Below are positions 22,150-31,971 of a DNA stretch of 64,000 nt, piece after piece. The stretch's first letter is position 1, and each line of letters opens with the position of its first letter. A program made the position numbers and the translations under genes. The DNA is from Candidatus Planktomarina antarctica (GTDB lineage: Bacteria; Pseudomonadota; Alphaproteobacteria; Rhodobacterales; Rhodobacteraceae): NCBI GenBank assembly GCA_029962705.1, contig JARPSE010000001.1:11415-75414 (forward strand), in the 5' to 3' direction. The notes beneath the pieces were generated by a model. The model searched no databases. It saw only the letters and a list, made by a program, of their open reading frames with translations, and had not been told where the DNA came from.

Positions 22150-23060
22150 GTTTTGACCTTGCCCAAGTAAATGCGGCCATAGCACAGCACGGTAGTATAT
22201 ACCGCGTGGTGATTGCTGTAATAAAAGGCTCCTCACCGCGCGAATTGGGCGCTTCGATGCTGCTCTGGCCCGGTGGACAGAATGGCACCATTGGCGGTGG
22301 AGCTTTAGAATACCAGGCATCACAGTCACCCAAACCTGGGCTGCGCAGCTATCCACTGGGACCAGAACTTGGGCAATGCTGCGGCGGCCATGTGACCTTG
22401 TTAACAGAATATTTTAACTCGCCAGTACAGGCCACAGATCTATTTGTGCGGCAAATTGAAGGAGACCTGCCGTTACCCCTTTCGATGGCACGCCTCCAAC
22501 GCGCAATACGCAATGGATCCAGCGTGGCGGCATTCCTGTGTTCAGGAGGATGGTTTGCCGAACCAGTAGAACAACCCCGCATCCCACTTTGGGTTTGGGG
22601 CGCAGGGCATGTGGGCCGCGCCGTAGTACATATCGCAGCACAAATGTCAGATTTTGATGTAACCTGGATTGATACCAACCCTGATCGTTTCCCCAAGGAT
22701 ACTCCTGAAGGCGTAACTATTGTGCCAACGGCCGAACCCGCCCATCTGATGACCCATGCGCCTCTCTCAGCCCAACATCTAATTTTTACCTATTCCCATG
22801 CTTTGGACTTGGCCATTTGCCATGCTGCCCTGACAAGAAGATTCGCCTTTTGTGGATTGATTGGATCAGTTAGCAAGTGGGCTCGATTTAGAACACGGCT
22901 TGCAGCTTTAGGTCATAATCCAAGCGAAGTTCTGAAAATAACCTGTCCAATTGGGGACCCGAGCCTCGGAAAACAACCAATTTCGATTGCGATCAGCGTC
23001 ACTCAAGCCTTATTGTCACGCAACGGCTCCGTCACCATCAAAAGGAATACGCTTCCGTGA
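22146..23060 (+). CDS. xdhC: Xanthine dehydrogenase accessory/maturation factor
   Basis: 304 aa with an XdhC/CoxI-type pattern (GGGALE..., CGG..., WVWGAGHVGRAV Rossmann). It overlaps xdhB by 4 nt. Confidence 0.88.
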   Translation: MSFDLAQVNAAIAQHGSIYRVVIAVIKGSSPRELGASMLLWPGGQNGTIGGGALEYQASQSPKPGLRSYPLGPELGQCCGGHVTLLTEYFNSPVQATDLFVRQIEGDLPLPLSMARLQRAIRNGSSVAAFLCSGGWFAEPVEQPRIPLWVWGAGHVGRAVVHIAAQMSDFDVTWIDTNPDRFPKDTPEGVTIVPTAEPAHLMTHAPLSAQHLIFTYSHALDLAICHAALTRRFAFCGLIGSVSKWARFRTRLAALGHNPSEVLKITCPIGDPSLGKQPISIAISVTQALLSRNGSVTIKRNTLP

Positions 23061-24562
23061 GTAAGACACTTTTGCACCTCAATGGGCTCACCAAAACCTA
23101 TCCTGGCGTGATCGCCAATGATGACGTGAGTTTCGATATCGCGGCAGGTGAAATTCATGCGTTACTCGGTGAAAATGGCGCAGGTAAATCTACCCTAGTA
23201 AAAATGATCTATGGTCTAGTGCGGCCCGACCATGGGACAATGCAGATGGAAGGCGTAAGCTTTGTACCAGCAGAACCAAGAGCCGCCCGCGCTGTCGGCG
23301 TGGCCATGGTATTTCAGCATTTTAGCCTATTTGAGGCCCTCAGTGTGGCTGAAAATATCGCACTCGGTATGGAAAATCCACCAAAAGCCAACGCTTTGTC
23401 GGCCCGTATCACTGAAGTATCACAGTCTTACGGCCTACCGCTGGACCCTGAGCGCTTGGTGGGGGATCTATCGGCGGGTGAAAGGCAACGGGTAGAGATA
23501 ATCCGCTGCCTTCTGCAAGAGCCTAAACTTTTAATTATGGATGAGCCCACCAGTGTTTTGACGCCACAAGAAGTGACGACACTGTTCACTACCCTGCGAA
23601 AACTGAAGGATGAGGGCACTTCTATTCTGTACATCTCGCATAAGCTCGAAGAAATTCGAGCGCTTTGCGAAACCGCAACTATTCTGCGTGGAGGTAAAAA
23701 AGTGGCCACCTGTGACCCACGCGAAAAATCTGCCCGTGACCTGGCTGAGATGATGGTAGGTGGCAAGCTGAATTTAGCAGAGTCCAAGGAAACAACTCTC
23801 GGCGAGGTTGTGCTTGAAATATCTGACCTGTCCCTACCACCCCAATCAGCTTTTGGTACTAGCTTGAGAAATATTTCGCTCCGGCTTCACCGAGGTGAAA
23901 TTTTAGGCATTGGTGGTGTGGCAGGCAATGGCCAGGACGAGCTGCTGGCCTGTATGTCTGGTGAGGTCAGCACCACAGCAGAAGCCATTCAGCTAAATGG
24001 CTTGAGCCTTGGCCATATGTCACCAAACGAGCGGCGAACATTGGGGGTTTTGGCCGCGCCTGAAGAACGCCTAGGACATGCAGCTGCTCCCGATATGAGC
24101 CTGACCGAAAACGCTATGCTAACGGCGATGACCCGGAAAAGCCTTAGTAAATCTGGGTTTTTAGACTGGCCTCGCGCTAAGGACTTTGCCGAGCAAGTGA
24201 TCAAAAAATTTGATGTGCGTACGCCAGGGCCACAATCAGCAGCGCGGTCTTTGTCAGGTGGAAATCTACAAAAATTTGTGATTGGCCGGGAAGTATTGCA
24301 AGACCCCAGTGTTTTGATAGTGAACCAACCAACCTGGGGTGTTGATGCGGCCGCCGCAGCCGATATCCGGCAGGCCCTTCTTGATTTGGCTGCAAAAGGC
24401 GCGTCAGTGATAGTGATCAGTCAAGATTTGGATGAGTTGATGGAAATTTCTACAAGCTTTGCAGCTCTGAACGCGGGGCGCCTGTCCGCGGCGCGTCCTA
24501 TGGCGGAACTAAGTTTGGATGAAATTGGCCTTTTGTTAGGAGGCGCTGATGCTGCGGCTTGA
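23057..24562 (+). CDS. ABC transporter ATP-binding protein, duplicated ATPase (BMP/nucleoside-type importer)
   Basis: Walker A GENGAGKST, signature LSAGERQR and a second degenerate half. It overlaps the xdhC stop by 4 nt. Confidence 0.92.
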   Translation: MSKTLLHLNGLTKTYPGVIANDDVSFDIAAGEIHALLGENGAGKSTLVKMIYGLVRPDHGTMQMEGVSFVPAEPRAARAVGVAMVFQHFSLFEALSVAENIALGMENPPKANALSARITEVSQSYGLPLDPERLVGDLSAGERQRVEIIRCLLQEPKLLIMDEPTSVLTPQEVTTLFTTLRKLKDEGTSILYISHKLEEIRALCETATILRGGKKVATCDPREKSARDLAEMMVGGKLNLAESKETTLGEVVLEISDLSLPPQSAFGTSLRNISLRLHRGEILGIGGVAGNGQDELLACMSGEVSTTAEAIQLNGLSLGHMSPNERRTLGVLAAPEERLGHAAAPDMSLTENAMLTAMTRKSLSKSGFLDWPRAKDFAEQVIKKFDVRTPGPQSAARSLSGGNLQKFVIGREVLQDPSVLIVNQPTWGVDAAAAADIRQALLDLAAKGASVIVISQDLDELMEISTSFAALNAGRLSAARPMAELSLDEIGLLLGGADAAA

Positions 24563-25634
24563 GAAACGTCCCAACCCTTCAAAAATATGGGGCTATCTCG
24601 CACCAGTTTTAGCTGTGATTGCGACAATGATCGGCGGCGGTGTAATGTTTGCCCTACTTGGCAAAGACCCGTTTGAGGCGATCCGTACAATCTTTTATGA
24701 TCCCTTATTCTCAGAGTTTGCGTGGTACTACCGACCACAGCTGTTGATTAAAGGTGCGCCACTAATTTTAATTGCTATTGGCCTATCGATGGGGTTTCGT
24801 GCCGGTATTTGGAACATTGGGGCCGAAGGACAATATATCATCGGTGCAATTTGTGGCGCAGGAGCAGCCCTTGCTGTTTATCCTTTGGAAAGTGCTTTAA
24901 TTTTCCCCGTCATGATCCTCTGCGGGGCCATTGGTGGTTTTGCTTGGGCCATGATCCCAGCAATCCTAAAAACTAAATTTGGTACCAATGAAATTTTGGT
25001 CAGCCTGATGCTAGTCTATGTAGCTGAGCAGCTACTAGCATCTATGTCATTGGGATTAATGAAAAATCCTGAAGGTTTTGGCTTCCCCGGATCGCGCAAC
25101 CTTCAGCACTATGCAAGTGCGCACAATGCCGAGCTTTGGGTAGGCTCTGGCATACATTTAGGGGTAGTCTTCGCCCTAATTGCCGTGATCTTTGGCTATA
25201 TCATGCTGGCGCGGCATCAAATGGGCTTCCATATTCGCTTGATGGGCGAGAGCCCCAAGGCCGCAAGGTTTGCTGGGGTTAATCCCAATAAACTCGTGAT
25301 CTATTGCCTAGGCTTTAGTGGCGCATTGGCCGGGCTAGCAGGCATGTTCGAAGTGGCGGGCCCTAGCGGGCAGATTAGTATTGATTTTAACGTGGGCTAT
25401 GGGTTTACTGCGATAATCGTAGCATTTTTAGGACGGCTTAACCCCTTTGGCATAATGCTTGCAGGGCTACTGATGGCACTTACTTATATTGGCGGTGAGA
25501 TTGCGCAATCCAGCCTTGGCCTGCCGTCAGCGGCCATTCAAGCGTTTCAGGGCATGCTGTTATTTTTTCTTCTCGCTCTCGACATGCTGACAAACTTCAA
25601 AATAAAATTAGCCAATGCAGAGGTGCGCACATGA
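24549..25634 (+). CDS. ABC transporter permease (BPD_transp_2 type)
   Basis: 361-aa polytopic membrane protein in an operon with the ATPase (14-nt overlap). Confidence 0.88.
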   Translation: MLRLEKRPNPSKIWGYLAPVLAVIATMIGGGVMFALLGKDPFEAIRTIFYDPLFSEFAWYYRPQLLIKGAPLILIAIGLSMGFRAGIWNIGAEGQYIIGAICGAGAALAVYPLESALIFPVMILCGAIGGFAWAMIPAILKTKFGTNEILVSLMLVYVAEQLLASMSLGLMKNPEGFGFPGSRNLQHYASAHNAELWVGSGIHLGVVFALIAVIFGYIMLARHQMGFHIRLMGESPKAARFAGVNPNKLVIYCLGFSGALAGLAGMFEVAGPSGQISIDFNVGYGFTAIIVAFLGRLNPFGIMLAGLLMALTYIGGEIAQSSLGLPSAAIQAFQGMLLFFLLALDMLTNFKIKLANAEVRT

Positions 25635-25683
25635 CCCACATGCGAAGTAGCCGATCAACTCAATCTAAGCAAAGCGTCCTGTC

Positions 25684-26616
25684 ATGGACCTAAGCGCAAT
25701 TAGCCCAACCCTACTTGTGGCATCATTGATGGTAGCAGCCACGCCGATCTTACTGGCAGCCATTGGAGAATTAGTAGTGGAAAAATCAGGCGTCCTCAAT
25801 CTTGGGGTTGAGGGCATGATGATTATGGGAGCCATCTCTGGATTTGCAGCGGCAGTTTTGACCGGATCACCGATGGTTGGCTTTCTCTGTGCGGCACTTG
25901 GGGGGGCAGCACTTTCGATGATTTTCGCCATTCTCACACAATACTTCCTATCCAATCAGGTAGCTACAGGCTTGGCGCTAACACTTTTTGGCCTAGGGCT
26001 ATCAGCCATGCTGGGCCAAAGTTACGTGGGGATTAAACCTCCAGTTTCAGCGAAGCTGGAGCTTTCTTTGATTAGTGATATTCCAGTGATGGGTCCAATC
26101 CTTTTTTCCCATGATTTCACCGTTTATGCCGCACTTGCATTGGTAGCAGGCGTGTGGTGGTTTTTAAAATATACTCGGGGCGGCTTAATTCTGCGAGCAG
26201 TGGGTGAAAGCCATGATGCAGCCCATGCATTGGGCTATAAAGTTGTGCGTGTGCGAATTCTTGCTATTATGTTTGGTGGAGCCTGTGCCGGGCTTGGGGG
26301 TGCTGCGCTTTCGCTGGTGCGAGTGCCACAATGGACCGAAGGTATGACCGCAGGCTCGGGCTGGATTGCGCTGGCAATCGTCGTGTTTGCGAGTTGGAAA
26401 CCCGCGCGAGTGCTCCTGGGCGCCTACCTTTTTGGCGGGGTTGCCGTCTTGCAGCTAAATCTTCAGGCTGCGGGGGTGTCAATTCCAGTTGAGTATTTGT
26501 CAATGTCCCCTTATCTAATAACTATCATAGTGCTGGTAGTGATGTCTGCTAATCGCTCGAAATCAGCACTGAATGCACCCGCGGCCCTAGGCCGTGTGTT
26601 CCACGCCTCACGCTGA
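25684..26616 (+). CDS. ABC transporter permease (BPD_transp_2 type)
   Basis: 310-aa polytopic membrane protein; second permease of the system. Confidence 0.88.
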   Translation: MDLSAISPTLLVASLMVAATPILLAAIGELVVEKSGVLNLGVEGMMIMGAISGFAAAVLTGSPMVGFLCAALGGAALSMIFAILTQYFLSNQVATGLALTLFGLGLSAMLGQSYVGIKPPVSAKLELSLISDIPVMGPILFSHDFTVYAALALVAGVWWFLKYTRGGLILRAVGESHDAAHALGYKVVRVRILAIMFGGACAGLGGAALSLVRVPQWTEGMTAGSGWIALAIVVFASWKPARVLLGAYLFGGVAVLQLNLQAAGVSIPVEYLSMSPYLITIIVLVVMSANRSKSALNAPAALGRVFHASR

Positions 26617-26641
26617 GGTCTTTTAACTGGGGGAAAAACTA

Positions 26642-27724
26642 ATGAAATTGAAATCCATTCTGGCCAGCGCTGCGCTGGCTATGACAGCGGCCACGGGCAC
26701 GCTGGCGGACACAACCAAAGTCGGTTTTGTCTACGTAGGCCCCGTCGGTGACGGCGGCTGGACATATGAGCATGACAAAGGCCGTGAAGCGGTTGTAGCT
26801 GCTTTTGGTGATAAAGTTGAAACCATGTACGTCGAAAGTGTTCCAGAGGGTCCAGACGCTGAACGCGTTATGACCGACATGGCGCTGAAAGGTGCGGATC
26901 TGATTTTCACAACTTCCTTTGGCTATATGGACCAAACAATCAATGTTGCGGCCAAATTCCCAAATGTGAAATTTGAGCACGCCACAGGTTATAAACAATC
27001 TGACAATGTGTCTGTTTACTCTGCACGCTTCTATGAAGGCCGTGCGGTCCAAGGCCACATTGCTGGTCATATGACCAAATCAAACATCGTAGGCTATATT
27101 GGCTCCTTCCCGATTCCAGAAGTAATCCGAGGCATCAACGCAGCCTATATTCATGCCAAAGCTGTAAACCCTGATGTTCAGTTCAAAATTATCTGGGCAT
27201 ACACTTGGTTTGACCCAACAAAGGAAGCAGATGCCGCGAAAGTTCTGATCGAACAGGGCGCAGATGTTGTGTTGCAACATACAGACTCCACTGCTCCGCA
27301 AGCCGCGGCGCAAGCCGCAGGCAACGTGATCACGTTTGGTCAAGCCTCCGATATGGCTGCCTACGGTCCAACGCCACGTGTGTCTTCCATCATCGACAAC
27401 TGGGGACCTTACTATATAGCCCGCACACAAGCGGTTATGGATGGCACATGGGCCTCTACTAGTACTTGGGATGGTATTGGAGCTGGAATGGTTGGCATTG
27501 GCGAAATCACAAGTGCTGTTCCTGCAGATGTCAAAGCCTCCGCTGAAGCACTGCGCGACAGCTTAGCAGACGGATCTTACCATGCATTTACAGGTCCTTT
27601 AAATAAGCAAGACGGTTCTGTTTGGTTAAAGGCTGGTGAAACAGCAGCAGATTATGCTGGACCTGAAGGCCTAGCTGAAATGGGTTTCTACCTTGAAGGT
27701 CTTGATAGCGAAGTGCCTAACTAA
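26642..27724 (+). CDS. BMP-family ABC transporter substrate-binding protein
   Basis: Signal peptide followed by TKVGFVYVGPVGDGGWTYEHD..., characteristic of Bmp/PnrA-like purine or nucleoside binding proteins. Confidence 0.9.
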   Translation: MKLKSILASAALAMTAATGTLADTTKVGFVYVGPVGDGGWTYEHDKGREAVVAAFGDKVETMYVESVPEGPDAERVMTDMALKGADLIFTTSFGYMDQTINVAAKFPNVKFEHATGYKQSDNVSVYSARFYEGRAVQGHIAGHMTKSNIVGYIGSFPIPEVIRGINAAYIHAKAVNPDVQFKIIWAYTWFDPTKEADAAKVLIEQGADVVLQHTDSTAPQAAAQAAGNVITFGQASDMAAYGPTPRVSSIIDNWGPYYIARTQAVMDGTWASTSTWDGIGAGMVGIGEITSAVPADVKASAEALRDSLADGSYHAFTGPLNKQDGSVWLKAGETAADYAGPEGLAEMGFYLEGLDSEVPN

Positions 27725-27748
27725 AATACAGATTCTTAATTAGATTGG

Positions 27749-27776
27749 AAAAGGGGGCCTCTGGCCTCCTTTTTTG
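27749..27776 (+). terminator. Rho-independent terminator ending the xdh-ABC operon
   Basis: AAGGGGGCC-TCT-GGCCTCCTT stem (one G-U pair) followed by TTTTTTG. Confidence 0.75.
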
Positions 27777-27813
27777 CTTTTAGATTGCTAATTCTTATGA
27801 ATAGATTGCATTT

Positions 27814-28899
27814 ATGTTGGATTATTTGATCATAGGCGGCGGTATAGCCGGTATTTCCGTGGCAGCCCGGCTGTCCGAGCATGGCACCTGCCTTGTGTTA
27901 GAACGCGAAGCCCATCTGGCATATCATTCGTCCGGCAGATCTGCTGCACTTTACGAGGAAAATTATGGTAGCCCCTCTACCATCGCCCTTGCCAAGGCTG
28001 GGCGTAGCGATTGGGATAACCTTCTCAATGAGGTGCTAAGCCCGCGAGGTTTTATGTTAGTCTGTCTGCGCGGAGAAGAAGAGCAGTTTGAAGCGGACCG
28101 CCTTCATATGGGTCTAACTGAGACAACTATGGCTGAAGCCAAGGCAATGGTGCCAATATTAAACATAAATGATGTCGTCCGAACTGCAGTCAGCAGAAAT
28201 GCCCAAGATATCGACACAGATATGATGCTTCAACGGTTTGCGCGCCTACTGCGTAACAATGGTGGAAAGATCGAAACCAATCAAGCAGTACAGACCATCA
28301 AGAAAGTTGTTGGAGGCTGGGAAATAGCCACTAATAAAAGCGAATTCACCACCCGAAAATTGGTCAATGCGGCTGGTGCATGGGGAGACGAAATTGCAAG
28401 GATGGCAAGTATTCCAGAGATAGGTCTTAAGCCTATGCGGCGCAGTGTAGCGCGTTTGGCACCTCCAGGCGGTTTGGACGTAAAATCGTGGCCAATGCTG
28501 TTTGGCCCAGGCGAGCGCTGGTATGCGAAGGCGGATGCGGGCGCGTTGATCGTGTCGCTAGCTGAGGAAACCCCTAGCCCACCAATGGATGCGTGGGCAC
28601 ATGATACAGATTTAGCCGAGGCTTTGGCGCGTTATCAAGACTATGTAAGTGAACCCGTCACTCGGCCAATATCTTCTTGGGCTGGTCTCCGCACCTTCGC
28701 GCCCGATCGCAATCTCGTATTGGGGCCAGCACCTCAGGAAAATAGCTTTGTCTGGGTGGTTGGCCAAGGCGGTTACGGTTTTTTTACCGCCCCTGGAGCT
28801 TCGCAATTCGTGGCCGATACGATTCTAGGAAATACGCCGGCTATAACCACTGAGGTCATAGCTGAGTTGAGCCCAAACCGTTTTTCTAAGCTTAGATAA
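27814..28899 (+). CDS. FAD-dependent oxidoreductase (DAO family)
   Basis: N-terminal dinucleotide fold DYLIIGGGIAGISVA; 361 aa; DAO-like length and pattern. Confidence 0.85.
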   Translation: MLDYLIIGGGIAGISVAARLSEHGTCLVLEREAHLAYHSSGRSAALYEENYGSPSTIALAKAGRSDWDNLLNEVLSPRGFMLVCLRGEEEQFEADRLHMGLTETTMAEAKAMVPILNINDVVRTAVSRNAQDIDTDMMLQRFARLLRNNGGKIETNQAVQTIKKVVGGWEIATNKSEFTTRKLVNAAGAWGDEIARMASIPEIGLKPMRRSVARLAPPGGLDVKSWPMLFGPGERWYAKADAGALIVSLAEETPSPPMDAWAHDTDLAEALARYQDYVSEPVTRPISSWAGLRTFAPDRNLVLGPAPQENSFVWVVGQGGYGFFTAPGASQFVADTILGNTPAITTEVIAELSPNRFSKLR

Positions 28900-28933
28900 G
28901 CTGCATGTGCTGGAAAGTCCTACACATTCACAT

Positions 28934-31432
28934 TTATCCATCCAAGCGAATATTTACGTTTTGTGGATCATATGGGCTGTCTTCTACTACTTCGCAATTC
29001 CAAAGCTGATCGTACATTTTAACCTTTAATTTTGTCCCTGGAACTGCCAACTCTGGAGTAAGGTAGCCCATTCCGATCGATTTATCAAAATGCACCGAAT
29101 AACCACCAGAGGTAAGGCGACCCACCCGCTTCTCCCCGTGATACAACACCTCGCGACCCCAAGGGTCTGCATCACTTGGGCCATCAATCAAAAGCGTGCA
29201 GCATTTCACTCGAACGCCAAGAGCCTCCATCTCGGCCTTGCCATGAAACTCTTTCGACAGATCCACAAAGCGCGGAAGGTCTGCCTCAATTGGAGTTGCG
29301 TCACGGCCTAATTCAGTGCCAAATGCACGGTACGATTTTTCTTGGCGCAGCCAGTTTTGCGCTCGCGCGCCCACAAGTTTCAATCCATGTTTCTTGCCAG
29401 CTTTTTCAAGTAAGTCGAATAAATAGTTTTGCATCTCCATCGGGTGATGCAACTCCCAGCCTAGTTCGCCTGTATAGGCCACTCGAATTGCATTGACCGG
29501 GCACATACCAAGCTCAATTTGCTTCGCAGAAAGCCATGGGAACCGCTTATTAGATAGGGCAGTCGTAGGATCAGGATCATTGATAATATCTGACAAAAGC
29601 GCCCGAGATTTAGGTCCTGCTATGGCAAAGACACCCCATTGCGTAGTCACATCTTGCATCTCTATACGGCCGAACTCTGCCTCTTTGTCTTCGACGGCCT
29701 TTTTCAGGTAATCTTGATCATAGGCGGTCCATGCGCCAGCAGAGACCAGATAATATTCATCCTGAGACAGCCTCACGATGGTATATTCAGTGCGTGTAGT
29801 TCCATGGCCAGTCAGCGCATAGGTAAGATTTATCCGGCCAATACGCGGTAGTTTATTACAGGTGAACCAATCTAAGAACGCAGTGGCGCCTTGGCCTTTT
29901 ACTATATGTTTGGTAAATGCAGTTGCATCCACAAGCCCCACACCTTCGCGAATGGACTTAGCCTCATTGACAGCATATTGCCACCAGTCTCCACGGCGAA
30001 AGCTACGAGATTTTTCATCAAAACCCTCGGGTGCATCTAGTGGGCCAAAGTAATTGGGGCGTTCCCAACCATTCACCCAACCAAATTGTGCCCCACGATC
30101 CTTTTGACGATCGTAAGCGGGCGACGTGCGAAGCGGACGAGCCGCCGGGCGTTCTTCATCCGGGTAGTGCAAAACATAAACGTGATCGTAGCATTCCTCA
30201 TTTTTGCGCATAGCAAATTCGGTGGTCATCCAATCACCATAGCGTTTGGGATCAAGGCTGGCCATGTCAATCTCAGCCTCCCCATCCACCATCATCTGCG
30301 CCATGTAAAACCCAGTGCCACCGGCAGCTGTAATACCAAAGCTAAAACCTTCCGCCAGCCACATGTTGCGCAGCCCCGGCGCCGGGCCAACCAAAGGATT
30401 ACCGTCGGGAGTGTAACAAATGGGGCCATTAAAATCGTCTTTAAGCCCACTTTCCTCACAGGACGGAACTCGATGGATCATCGCCATATATTGCTCTTCG
30501 ATCCGCTCTAATGCCAATGGAAAGAGATCCGCCCTAAAGCTCTCCGGCACCCCATGCTCAAACCGCGCAGGAGCACCTTTCTCGTAGACCCCAAGAATCC
30601 AGCCACCACGCTCTTCACGGACATAACTTTGTGAATCTGCATCACGGATAACCGGATGCTCTGGATTGCCAGTAGTGCGATATTCCATCAGAGCAGGGTC
30701 TTTTTCCAACACCACAAATTGATGCTCAACCGGGATGGCTGGAATCTTGATACCTAGCATTCTAGCAGTGCGTTGTGCATGGTTACCCGAAGCAGTCACT
30801 ACATGCTCAGCCTTGATTACCACCTGCTCGTCAGAAGCAACAAGATTACCACCCTTTTCGATCATTTTTGTACATGTCACGTCCCAATGGGTGCCAGTCC
30901 ATTCGAAGTTATCAGCCTGCCACCTGCGTTCAATCGCAACACCCAGCTGGCGAGCACCCTTAGCCATGGCCATGGTCACATCAGCAGGATTAATATAGCC
31001 ATCAGTGTCATGATATAGGGCTCCCTTAAGGTCCTCAGTCCGGATTAAGGGCCATTTTTCTTTAATTTCATCAGGCGTCATAAAGACATAGGGCACGCCA
31101 CACGTCTCAGCGGTAGACGCATAAAGCTTATACTCGTCCATCCGCTCATCGGTCTGCGCCATGCGTAAATTTCCCACGACAGCAAAACCTGCATTTAAAC
31201 CAGTTTCAGCTTCAAGACCTTTATAAAAATCAACCGAATATTTGTGGATATGCGTGGTAGCATAGGACATGTTAAACAAAGGCAAAAGCCCCGCAGCATG
31301 CCATGTGGATCCAGACGTCAGCTCATCACGTTCTATGAGCATAGTGTCCCAGCCGCGTTTTCCCAAATGGTAGGCAATGGATGTACCAACCGCGCCGCCA
31401 CCAACAACCAAAGCTTTTACTTGCGTCTTCAT
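28934..31432 (-). CDS. Dimethylglycine/sarcosine dehydrogenase family protein (FAD oxidoreductase fused to a GcvT-like folate-binding domain)
   Basis: VVGGGAVGTSIAYHL FAD fold followed by a C-terminal aminomethyltransferase-like domain. The preferred start is the ATG at 31432 (MKTQVKALVVGGG), preceded by GGGGAG, rather than the ORF-track start at 31591. Confidence 0.9.
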   Translation of the reverse strand: MKTQVKALVVGGGAVGTSIAYHLGKRGWDTMLIERDELTSGSTWHAAGLLPLFNMSYATTHIHKYSVDFYKGLEAETGLNAGFAVVGNLRMAQTDERMDEYKLYASTAETCGVPYVFMTPDEIKEKWPLIRTEDLKGALYHDTDGYINPADVTMAMAKGARQLGVAIERRWQADNFEWTGTHWDVTCTKMIEKGGNLVASDEQVVIKAEHVVTASGNHAQRTARMLGIKIPAIPVEHQFVVLEKDPALMEYRTTGNPEHPVIRDADSQSYVREERGGWILGVYEKGAPARFEHGVPESFRADLFPLALERIEEQYMAMIHRVPSCEESGLKDDFNGPICYTPDGNPLVGPAPGLRNMWLAEGFSFGITAAGGTGFYMAQMMVDGEAEIDMASLDPKRYGDWMTTEFAMRKNEECYDHVYVLHYPDEERPAARPLRTSPAYDRQKDRGAQFGWVNGWERPNYFGPLDAPEGFDEKSRSFRRGDWWQYAVNEAKSIREGVGLVDATAFTKHIVKGQGATAFLDWFTCNKLPRIGRINLTYALTGHGTTRTEYTIVRLSQDEYYLVSAGAWTAYDQDYLKKAVEDKEAEFGRIEMQDVTTQWGVFAIAGPKSRALLSDIINDPDPTTALSNKRFPWLSAKQIELGMCPVNAIRVAYTGELGWELHHPMEMQNYLFDLLEKAGKKHGLKLVGARAQNWLRQEKSYRAFGTELGRDATPIEADLPRFVDLSKEFHGKAEMEALGVRVKCCTLLIDGPSDADPWGREVLYHGEKRVGRLTSGGYSVHFDKSIGMGYLTPELAVPGTKLKVKMYDQLWNCEVVEDSPYDPQNVNIRLDG

Positions 31433-31656
31433 CGCGAACAACTCCCCTACACGTTGCGCATACATTGCCCTAAGTCGCCATAAAAGAGAAAGATTTGCCG
31501 ACCTACCAGTTACAAAAACCGACCTTGGAACATTTTTTAGCTCTACAGAGTTCAGGTTCAACACAGTTGGATTGAATGTCAGCGTCCGCAATGTGACTGT
31601 TCAGATGATCAACACGCACCCGCAGCGAATGTCTGCTTCCCGACATAGAGTGCCCC

Positions 31657-31686
31657 TTAGTGTCCACTATCAATGGTGGACACTAA
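31657..31686. promoter_or_regulatory. Perfect 11-bp inverted repeat TTAGTGTCCAC-N8-GTGGACACTAA
   Basis: Read directly from the sequence. It lies about 225 nt upstream of the DMGDH-family gene start and about 285 nt downstream of the dmpA-like stop. A related half-site, TTAGTCCAC, occurs at 31889-31897. Confidence 0.4.
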
Positions 31687-31971
31687 CCCATCAAAATCTG
31701 CACCATGAGGCGGGGAAGACTGGACGCTTACGATTGAATGACAAATAGGTATTACATCAATAAATTTACTAATATTTGGAATTCTGTTCACAAGAGCTTC
31801 TACTTTTGTGCGTGCGGAGTGCTTCTAAGTTGCCATGCTAATAAAGTTGGCACTTTAACAACTACTATACATGCAGGACTTTCATAGAGTTAGTCCACTT
31901 TGAAAATACTAAAATCTGCAATCCTAAACACATGCAACCATGTTGACAGCTTAAATATTTACTTGACTACC

